From assembly GCA_964035545.1 (NCBI GenBank), contig OZ037768.1, positions 21,001,700 through 21,065,699 of the forward strand: 64,000 nucleotides of DNA, in the 5' to 3' direction. The notes under the pieces were generated by a model. That model saw only the letters and a program-made list of their open reading frames with translations, searched no databases and was not told the origin of the DNA. Each line of letters opens with the position of its first letter. Within the stretch, counting starts at the first letter, position 1. The translations under genes and the position numbers were made by a program. Of this stretch, positions 54,431-64,000 are shown piece after piece. Source of the DNA: Bugula neritina (lineage: Eukaryota; Animalia; Bryozoa).

Positions 54431-55319
54431 AAGTACAGAAAATAACTGACAAATTAGGAATATCACTCGCATATGACACATCATTTCATTAATAAACTCA
54501 TTATAGAACTTGTAACTACATTACAGCAATTTTTTTTACTGGCTTAACAAACTATCAGACACATCTTGAATTTTTTGGTTGTTTGGCTCCACTGAAATTA
54601 CTTATTTTTGCTTGGTATTTGCAAACTAATTTAAGCCCAATCATAGCCATTTTATACGATACGTTTGTAACAGCTCAAGTCACCCTTTAACTGTTGGGTA
54701 CCACTTATTCCTTATTTTGCAGTAATCCTATAGCTTGCTTTATCTCATACGGCAAACTTGCCCTTTTATACTTATATCCTCCTAATTAGTATGGGCACTG
54801 CCTCAACAATAGAGATACTTCTTTCTCTATTTCCATCTCTTTATTTTTTTTTTCAGCAGATATGCCAAAAAATAATTAGAAAGTAAAACTTGTGAACGCA
54901 GTGAAATTTTAGATGAGCAATTATTTTAAACTCAACAACTTCAAATATGCAATGTTATTTTAACTGCTGATGCAGCCCCGAAGATTTGAAAAGTTTTGAC
55001 AGATTTTAATTTAATATATTATCTTCCAAAATACAGACTTTATTGCATGTTTAAATTAGAAAATAAAATAGCCAAACATTATTTGAAACAAATTTATATT
55101 AGCAACTGTGAGCTTCAAAACCCCTTCTACATGAAACAAAATTATGCCAACTGTATATCTTTTCCATAAAAGTAAATTTAGCTTATAACTTTACCTCTCT
55201 AACCTTTGAAATTATTTCTGAAAATCAATCAAAAGTGAAACCAATTGCTATGTAAATAAAAGAGCTCAGTTGGAACTTACTGAGTATGCACTTATAAACT
55301 GCAGTTTTTTTAAAGACAG

Positions 55320-55640
55320 GAGTAAAACCGTTTCAATGTGATATATGTGAGAAGAAGTTTATTCAGAAATCAAACCTAAATTATCACATGAGAATTCATA
55401 CCGGGAAAAAACCATTTCAGTGTGGCATTTGTGACAGCAAGTTTTCAAGGAAAGATCAGTTAGATGCTCACATGAGAACTCATACAGGAGAAAAGCCATT
55501 TCAATGGGATATTTGTAACCTTAAATTTGCTCAGAAATATTGTCTAAATTATCACATGAAAAGTCATTCAGGGGAAAAACCATTTCAGTGTGATATTTGT
55601 GACAGTAAATTTGCTCAGAAATCTCATTTAAGTTATCGCA
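55320..55640 (+). pseudogene. Fragment of a tandem C2H2 zinc-finger array (~4 fingers, one Cys to Trp change)
   Basis: HTGEKPFQC linkers; no start context; fused to the antisense 3' end of the DUF4806-like exon. Confidence 0.85.
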
Positions 55641-56061
55641 TGATTTCATCCCGTGTCTCCTGTATCTATACGTGTCTCCCTAGGTTCTTGGAAAGCTTTC
55701 TTTTGTAGCATTACTGAGTTCATTCACTGTAAAGGTTAAATCATGTTATTTACTGCTTGATTTTTTACGTTGTCCCACAGCAAGCTAAATGAAACAACAA
55801 TGCTTGTTTGGGTGATAATGGAGAAAAGGTGACACAGATACATTTTACATAATAAACTAAATGCACCGCAATAATAAAACATATACACGTAAAACATTGA
55901 TTCTTACCTTTATCATATTCAACTTTGGAAATAGCTTATTCCAAGGATTATTATTCTTTTTTTTCATATCTCCTTTTGTAACTTTACCTCTCTAACCTTA
56001 GAAATTATTTCCAAAAAACAATCAAAGTGAAACCAATTGCTATGTAAATAAAAGAGTTTAG

Positions 56062-56250
56062 TTAGAACTTACTGAGTATGCACTTATAAACTGCAGTTTT
56101 TTTTAAAGACAGCTTTTTATGTCGCTTATGGGCTTTGCCCTTCATGCCTAATAGGCTCCACAGTCCATTAGTGCCAATTCTTCTCATTGCCCGTTTAACC
56201 ATATCTGAGCAGCTTTTTCTCCTCAGTTGGAAGAGAAAAGTTGTCCACAA
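56062..56250 (-). mobile_element. DUF4806/BEN-like accessory gene exon (copy 2)
   Basis: Duplicate of 52792-52980. Confidence 0.65.
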
Positions 56251-58309
56251 AATTGATTTTATCTAGCATGAGTCTGCATGAATACATTTACTGTTATTAC
56301 AGTTTGAAAAATATTTTTTCTAATAATGAGAAACACTCCATAAGAGAAACACATTGTAGCTTGAAAACCTAAAGTTCACTAGAAATATCAGGCACACCAG
56401 GATGTTATACATTGCAGGTTATACACCGATAGTCTTTAAATTAGCTATGCAATATATTATATAGTAACACTATGTACCAGAGCAGATCATTTCTCTTTTG
56501 ACGATTGAAGAAGCCCTTCAAAATATTTGAACTCTTGCATTGTTTTTAAAGGCTCCTCCAGGTGCTCGGTGATAGTTATATTACCCTTGCAACTATGGCG
56601 ATCACTGATCATAGCCATTATTTTTTGCTGCTCAACCAGTAACTCTTTGAGTTGTTTCTTCATGTCTGTAAAATTCCATACTATATATGACCTAAAACTA
56701 AGTTTTAGTTTATAGCTGTCCTATATTAGTATTTAGATTAACTAAAAATGAACACTCTTGTAATTTATCTACGACCAAAGCAAATCCAGCAAGTTACCAA
56801 GCTCAAGACTACTGATTCCAAAAGATTCCTTTTGTCCTGATAACTACACAAGAACATGTAATTGCTACTCTTTTGCTGAAAACTTGTATAAATACAGAAA
56901 TTTGATTATAGTACATTAGGCACCTTCTACGTCTTTTTTGAGTTCTCCAGTAAAATCGGCTGGTCCGGAGCTGTCATCTGCAACTATTTCTTTAGACCAA
57001 CTTTTGAAATTCTTTCAATTTAGTAGGTAGCCAAAAGTATTGCTAGGAGAGGTGTCCATTACTTCCACATCTCCAACACACAAGGGTGCGTCTGCCGAAG
57101 TTGAAGAATGTTGGGTAGAAGGCCTCGTCTACATCGTATGGATTCCCTTGGAAGCAATTCATTGTCCTTTGGTGACAGAGTATATAGTCCCTGTGGTAGC
57201 TGAACTCCCCACAAGGACAGAAGGTGGTGACAAAGTGCTGTGGGAGATGCACCTGCAGCCTGCGGTGAGTGGTGAAGTGTTGTTGGCAGAGCCGACAAAT
57301 AGTACTGTCTTCATCAGCGCGGTATTGGCGAATCTCCCTTTCCGTTGCTGGCGTCGTACAGCTGACCAATTGCTCTCGCATAACTTGAGGAAGTTCTTCG
57401 AGTTCTTTTGCAATTCCGCATCATCCCTAATGATTGCCATCTCAACCTTTAGTGTCACTGGGCGTTTAACATAGTGGGAGATCTGTATAAACATTTGTGC
57501 ACTTTTGTTTCCAAGTTTTGAGACAGCCATTTCAACTGCTTCACATTTTTGTTGTTACTTCCATTAGAGTACAGCTCTTTTAATAGGCGTTCAAGGAAAT
57601 ACAGTTTTGTTGTATTTGTCTTAAAATCAGCTGCTCTTCGATCCTTGTTGGACCCTGTTCTCAAGACTTGACCTTTTCAATAAAAGACAATATTCCTGAA
57701 AGTACAGAAAATAACTGACAAATTAGGAATATCACTCGCATATGACACATCATTTCATTAATAAACTCATAATAGAAATTGTAACTACATTACAGCAATT
57801 TTTTTTACTGGCTTAAGAAACTATCAGACACATCTTGAATTTTTTGGTTGTTTGGCTCCACTAAAATTACTTTTTTTTTTGGTTTAGTATTTGCAAACTA
57901 ATTTAAGCCCAATCATAGCCATTTTTATACGAGTCGTTTGTAGCGGCTTAAGTCACCCTTTAACTGTTGGGTACCACTTATTCCTTATTTTGCAGTAATT
58001 ATATAGCTTGCTTTATCTCATACGGCAAACTTGCTCTTTTATACTTATATCCTCCTAGTTAGTATGGTCACTGCCTCAACAATAGAGGTACTTCTTTCTC
58101 TATTTCCATCTCTTTATTTTTTTTACTTTTCAGCAGAATTTCCAAAAAATAATTAGAAAGAAAAACTTGTGAACGCAGTGAAATTTTAGATGAGCAATTA
58201 TTTTAAACTCAACAACTTCAAATATGCAACGTTATTTTAACTGCTGATGCAGCCCTGAAGATTTGAAAAGTTTTGACAGATTTTACTTTAATATTATACT
58301 CGTATTATC

Positions 58310-58555
58310 TACTCAGAAATCAAACCTAAATTATCACATGAAAATTCATACCGGGGAAAAACCATTTCAGTGTGGCATTTGTGACAGCAAGTTTTCAAGG
58401 AAAGATCAGTTAGATGCTCACATGAGAACTCATACAGGAGAAAAGCCATTTCAATGTGATATTTGTAACCTTAAATTTGCTCAGAAATATTGTCTAAATT
58501 ATCACATGAGAAGTCATTCAGGGGAAAAACCATTTCAGTGTGATATTTGTGACAG
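58310..58555 (+). pseudogene. C2H2 zinc-finger array fragment (second copy)
   Basis: HTGEKPFQCGICDSKFSRKDQLDAHMRTHTGEKPFQCDICNLKFAQK... Confidence 0.85.
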
Positions 58556-58634
58556 AGCAGATCATTTCTCTTTTGACGGTTGGAGAAGCCCTTCAAAATA
58601 TTTGAACTCTTGCATTGTTTTTAAAGGCTCCTCC

Positions 58635-59652
58635 AGCACATAGTCTCTCTGGTAAGAGAATTCGCCACACGGGCAAAACACGTTGATGTAGTGCTGTGGG
58701 GCGTGTACACGCAACCGCCGTGCAGAGGAGAACTTCCTCTGGCACTGGTGGCAGATGCGGTTGCCCGGCTCACCGCAAGCTTCACCAATCCTAAGATTGG
58801 TGGGTTCAGTCACCCAATACTGGCGGGCGACCAGGGCCTGAGGCAGGGCCAGTATTGGGGAGTCATCTTCTCCGGCTGCGAGGTGGTCGCCGTGTAGGAT
58901 GCCCTGCTCCTCCCCGGCCGTGAGCTGAAGCTCGACCGGTTTGGGGTCAGGGCCACTAACCATGGCGGAACACACCTCTCTGGAGGAGGTGGCGTCCTGC
59001 TGGCTGTGAGAAGCCGAAGCAGGAGCCGGTGGGAGAGGGGAGTCGGACTGACTGGCCTCCTCAATGTCCATACGCTCCTCTAGAACAGATAGTAGAGGCT
59101 GTGATAAGCCGGTCTCACTATCGCCGAAATTCGGCATAGTTGTGTATGGAGCCAAATTAAAAACTGGGGGCCGAGGGGTATCACAGAAATTGACTGAGCC
59201 CACGTCATGATCCAATAAAGTATCAATGGCAGAGTCATCTCCGAAATCCACCTCGGCCTCCGGTTCTAAGAAATCAGACCCAAGTAAGTCTAATAAAGAC
59301 CAGTCTACACTAGTTTGACTGGATCCTCCGTAACTGGAGGATCTAATCTAAATGAAATACCTGATTGCGTGTCTGGTAAAGTAATTCCCATAGCTGCTGA
59401 TAACGTATGGAGAACAGTATTTAAATCAAACTTGGGGGTATCAGGATCAGAATTCAACTTAAGCTGTAACTGACGTGCTAGCTGCGTGAAATCAGAACTA
59501 GAAATGGCCGAACCTCGTGCTTCAGAAGTATTACCTGCCAAAGCCCGAGTCGCGTGGCCCGTGGGAATTTCCCCCCGGATTTCGAAAAGACAACTCGCGT
59601 GATCGAGTGTCTTCCGAAATTCTCGGCAACAAAGGACACACACACACAACAT
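58635..59652 (-). mobile_element. GC-rich ~1-kb piece of a large ORF (acidic/Pro-rich region followed by the atypical zinc-finger pair), truncated in the second finger
   Basis: ORFs 59305-59652 and 58562-59251; CHQCQRKFSSARRLRVHAPQHYINVFCPCGEFSYQRDYVL; sharp composition change relative to the flanks. Confidence 0.65.
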
Positions 59653-60439
59653 AAATTTACCACAATATTATGGTTACAAAAATATTATGAGTAAAAAGTT
59701 CTTTTTTAGATTACAATCACAGAGTTGAGTTAGGCAGAACAAACTAGAAAACTGTGTGCAATTTCTCATCTTTGGAATCGCTAATAACATTTAATACATG
59801 TTTGATAATAGATTATGTGTATTTTGCCAGTCACACACACACATTGGTAAAAACCAGCTTTACAACTTTCAAAATTATTTTATTCTAAAAACAACTACAA
59901 AAATGCAGCAATAAGTATTTTTGAAAAAAGGATATTTGGTTACTCAAAAGCAGGTTTCATTAGCAACGACAGTACATCATGTGACTAAAAACAACCTGGA
60001 AGAAACTCCAACATATACAGTGTGCAAGCAGCACAATCATAGGTATTTTTAAGCTACACATAAAATTATTATTGAAGAGAGCTAGTTGAAATATTTCCTC
60101 ACTCAGAAAGTGGCTTGAAAAATATAGCCAAAAACTATCAAAAAAGGTTTCAAGAAAAAAGCTTTAGTCCTCGTCAGATGAGTCAGAATAAGTCGGCTGC
60201 AAGTCATCATCATCTATAATTTCTTCTTGATCACACTGGAAACCAAACTGAAGTATTTTTTAATCACCCCATGTTAGCAACTATACAAGTTTTGAATTAG
60301 ATTATGGTACCAAAAATATTATAGTTATACTTCTACTGAAGATTAAAAAACACACATAACAGTTTCAAATAGTGCAACATGTTATTAGTTTATCTTTTAA
60401 AGGATCCCTGGAATGCGGTACTTATGCACTATTAAATAT

Positions 60440-60504
60440 TTATATGTATATACATACATATATATATGTGTATATATTTATATATATGTGTGTATATATT
60501 TATA

Positions 60505-60571
<67 letters not shown>

Positions 60572-60582
60572 GTATGTATATC
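60440..60582. repeat. Imperfect (TA)n microsatellite
   Basis: TA run interrupted by TG/CA. Confidence 0.95.
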
Positions 60583-60710
60583 AATTCAGCACATATATAC
60601 ATAACATTTGTTGTAAAACAGTGTTGAAATATTTTTATATATAATATTAACTTTCATTTACATTTACAGAGATCCTTCAACATATACAAATATAAAAAAA
60701 CTTTACAATC

Positions 60711-61660
60711 TTAGCTAAACATTTGCCAACATTTAGATACAACCTCTTGATCAGTACCAGAGAAGTTGGCATAACAAGACTTGAGAAAGGCTTGTTTAAA
60801 TTGGGTGGAGATGGTGTCATCATTATGGTTACCATCACTTAAGGATGCTGCCATGCATGCTACAAGAAATTTATGGTGGCTACATTGACAGAAAACTGAC
60901 ATAGTGATGACATAAAAAGACAGTTTTGCCACAAGAATAGATAGAATAGTAAATTGAGTTACACATGAAATTACAGAGCAAAAAATTAAAAAAACTGATT
61001 TTGGAAAATGGAAATTTACAACTACTATACCTACATATTCAAGCAATTTTACGCGCTCTGCACCTAATATATTCAATTTTTCCGCTGTTCTATTGTAGAG
61101 ATGGCACGCATTGAACAGCTTCAGTAAATTGGGGGATACAGAGAGCTTGATTTCCGAGCCTGTCCATGGAAAAACCATGAAGGTGGCTAAATCAAAGTCT
61201 GTACGAGACAGGTCCGGGTGATTTCGCACATACTCACCGGCAGCCTTTTGAAGCTTCAAATATGTCGCACGTCGTTTACTCCGCAACCTGTCACGCCCCT
61301 TTGATGAGTCTAAATTATGAAACATATGAATGGTAGTTGCCACTAAACATTTAAACTTTTGAGCAACCGCAAAAAAAAGCAAATTTGACTAAAAATAGGT
61401 ATAGTAATGTGACGGACAACATTTCTTGCTACAGAAAATAGAATGGGTCCATCTCAGATGAAAACTTCCCAGTTGGACGCTATTTTTCATTTTGGTAAAA
61501 AATCAAATAAGATATATACACATGTTGCCTGCATAAAAAATTATCACAACACCGAACTAAAAATTAGAAAAGTTACAAGTTTGACAACCTGCTAACTTGA
61601 GTATGTTTGCATCAAACCGCTGTATAGTGCAAGCTAAATCTTCCAATTTTCTTTGATCTG
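60711..61660 (-). mobile_element. Intron-containing C-terminal part of a KDZ (Kyakuja-Dileera-Zisupton)-type transposase-like gene
   Basis: DSSKGRDRLRSKRRATYLKL...FPW...LYNRTAEKLNILGAERVKLLEY resembles the remembered D.SK.R.R+R.K / [FW]PW / R..EE..I+..E pattern of animal KDZ-like proteins (PTHR33104-like). Small upstream exon ~61657-61590. Confidence 0.55.
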
Positions 61661-62009
61661 CAGTCAAATCTAATAATAAAAATATACAATTTAACGTTTA
61701 TTCTGCTATGTATTGAACTAGCCTTATCATTACACCACATAGACATCTTATGACTTGCCACATTTTACATACTGGGTTAACTCTTATTCTGATGTCTATT
61801 TGCCTAAACTCATTATATACAGTTTTTTGCCATACTAATACATAAGTCAATTAATATTCTGTAATTTTTCATCTACATTTATTTTAATGTCAGTTACCTG
61901 TTAGCTCCAAGACGTTACAGTCATACATTCTACAATCTTAGTTATGTGTATTTAATCTTACTTGTCTAACAATATGGCAGGAGCACAACACAGGTGGTCT
62001 GGAGCTGTC

Positions 62010-62520
62010 ATCTTCAACTATTTCTTGCACTTTTTTGCACTTTAGGCAAGTTTATTATCAGAAGACACTACATCTATAAACTTCCCAAGTTTACCGGCAT
62101 CAGTATCTAGAGTGACTTCATATCTGTTGTTGAGCCTTTGTAATCTCTGTCGTTTAGTCAGTGCGTCACTAATTTTAGCTGACCAATTGCTTTTGTATAA
62201 CTTGAGGAAATTCTTCGAGTTCTTTTGCGATTCCTCATCATCCCTAATGATTGTCATCTCAACTTTTAGTGTGAGATCTGTATAAACATTTGAGCACTTT
62301 TGCTTTCAAGTTTTGAGGCGGCCATTTCAACTGCTTCATATTTTTTTGTTACTTTCATTAGAGTACAGCTCTTTTGATAAGCGTCCAAGGAAACACAGTT
62401 TCTTTCTGTTTATATTTTAAAATGAGCAGCCTTTCGATCCTTGTTTGACCCTGTTCTTAAGACTTGACTTTTGGCAAACTCTTATTAGGCTGTCATTTTT
62501 AATAAAAGGCAATATTCCTG
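62010..62520 (-). mobile_element. Longer, more diverged copy of the tyrosine-recombinase-family-like fragment
   Basis: IIRDDEESQKNSKNFLKLYKSNWSAKISDALTKRQRLQRLNNRYEVTLDTDAGKLGKFI. Confidence 0.55.
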
Positions 62521-63064
62521 AAAGTAAAAAAAATAACCAACAGCTTGGAATTGTTTGTACACAGGTATGCAGAGCAAGCATGGTTAGGCATTGCTGTTTG
62601 ATCTCACATGTTCATCTCCCAATAAACTTGCCCTTAGTAGCTGTCTTAACAAAACTGTCTGACGATTGCTCTGCAAGGTTATGTATGGCTCTTTGATATT
62701 TGATCATATATTTATGGTAATCATCTTCAAAAGAGTATGGTAAGTGATAAGGAAAAGAATAAAAACCAGAAATATTTATTTTTATTTAGGTTTCCGACTC
62801 TCATCTTGTATATAATAACTTATCTTTAGTGGGTATACTGCTACTACATAAAATAAAAGCATCTATCAACTCGAAACAGTAAATTTATCAATGCAGTGAA
62901 ATAACTTTATAGTGAATATCCAGAAATCTTTTATAACATGCATACTACATCATTTAAGTATGCAGACATCATAAACCTTTCTTGTAGAAGGATCGGGGGC
63001 AACATGTTCTTCGACCAGCTTTTGAAAATCTTCCAATTTAGCAAGTGGCCAAAAGCATTGCTAA

Positions 63065-63760
63065 AAGAGAGGTGTCCACCACTTCCACAACCCCAACACA
63101 CAAGGGTGTGTCTGCCAACGGCAGCTGTTGACGACCTAGCAGGTCGATCAACTGCCGACTGTTGTCAGAGGCGCCTGATTTCCAAGCTCGTGGTTAAGTC
63201 GACCGGCTTGTCGGCTGCCGCCGTGGCTACGTGTACAGACGCCGTTGTCGGCTTCTACTTGCTGTACAGCCGTCCCAGGCTGACACTACCATCTGTTTCG
63301 AAATAGGCATTTCCAAGCTGGAGAGCCTTCTCCATCGTCCCAACTTCATTAGCAACTTGCGACAGCCGTTCCACCACGGTCGTGTGTTCTCGCAGAGGAA
63401 GTCCTAGGATGTCTCCTAAGCCCTTGGAGTTAGACACGCGCATCTCGAGCGGTGAGCCCAAACCTGGCTCTCAACGCATCGAAGATGTCGGTAACATCCT
63501 GGCCAATACCATAAAGTTTGGCCGCTCCAGCCAGGCACAACCGCAGCTGGATTAGAGTAACTCCGGCAGGCCAACGACAGATGGCTCCCACATAACATGC
63601 TGAATTCAGCGATAAATTGCTCCACATCTTCTCTTGAGAAGGTAGTAGCCCGCAAATAGTACCTGTCCATATGCAGCGCTGGGCCGCCTATGACATCCTC
63701 TACAGCTGCCCGTTGGATCGGTTCCAGACGTGGAATGTCTTCTTCGTTGTCACTGGTCAT
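63065..63760 (-). mobile_element. Gypsy-type gag, frameshifted and internally deleted, ending in a zinc knuckle
   Basis: ATG 63760; FSREDVEQFIAEF, LIQLRLCLAGAAK...IFDALRARFGLT, LREHTTVVERL; knuckle LVCWGCGSGGHL near 63110-63070. Confidence 0.8.
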
Positions 63761-63801
63761 ACTCTTTTACTCTTTGGCTAAGAGCATTAACTTCTAATTA
63801 T

Positions 63802-64000
63802 ATCCCACTGCTGCCACCACTGTTGTGAAATTGTGCTTCACTTAGTTTGTGGGAATTAGAATTAAAGTAATGCCACTGGCTTAGAGTATGAAAGGGTTTA
63901 TTTATACAAATAATATAAAATTTTCTAACTACACAGAAATACAAGCATTACATAATTATACAATAGCGGAAACACAACCTAGCTAATCCACTGCTGCCAC
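63802..64000 (-). mobile_element. tRNA-Leu primer-binding site (63819-63802) and 3' end of the 5' LTR (63821 onward)
   Basis: Minus strand reads ...CACAACA G TGGTGGCAGCAGTGGGAT, complementary at 17 of 18 nt to the typical metazoan tRNA-Leu 3' end ATCCCACCGCTGCCACCA. AATAAA on minus near 63900. Confidence 0.85.

Larger units (their letters stand above)
52401..58555. repeat. Near-identical tandem duplication, period ~3270 bp (52401-55670 and 55671-58555); third partial copy at 50570-51800
   Basis: ORF pairs offset by 3269-3270 bp (52792/56062, 53771/57040, 53890/57159, 54186/57455) with almost identical translations. The second copy has a deletion near 58305. Confidence 0.95.

Noticed and set aside
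60372-60644. (YI)n ORFs
   Set aside because: Translation of a TA microsatellite.
63802-63819. tRNA-Leu gene
   Set aside because: Only the 3' 18 nt including CCA are present, between an LTR end and gag; this is a primer-binding site.
44250-64000. One intact giant transposon or endogenous virus carrying all these genes
   Set aside because: Every gene is a short truncated tile, LTR and DNA-transposon sources are mixed, and I see no enclosing termini, polymerase, capsid or Rep/helicase gene. It cannot be fully excluded beyond the window edge.

Overview
AT-rich, intron-containing invertebrate animal DNA in two parts. Bases 1-39 kb are a compact gene block. I reconstructed five spliced genes by hand from GT-AG junctions: NDUFB4 (+), a ~963-aa mostly disordered single-SH3 protein (+), KXD1/BORCS4 (-), DENND6 (+, 17 coding exons) and a ~417-aa three-Ig-domain protein with a probable GPI anchor (+). 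There is also a weakly supported unknown gene (-) at the left edge. Bases ~44-64 kb are a patchwork of transposon fragments: BEL/Pao pol and LTR, a solo LTR, Gypsy gag with PBS and LTR, KDZ-like transposase, YqaJ exonuclease, DUF4806-like, tyrosine-recombinase-family-like and zinc-finger ORFs, with a ~3.27-kb tandem duplication. Nearly all of these fragments lie on the minus strand, directly downstream of a promoter-like region at ~41.8 kb that begins an apparently non-coding, spliced plus-strand transcript. This layout matches a flamenco-like uni-strand piRNA cluster (inference; small-RNA data are needed). Two further patterns stand out: hexamer-periodic simple-sequence islands just after first exons, and tandem repeats that amplify splice junctions in DENND6. 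All family assignments come from remembered motifs, not database searches.
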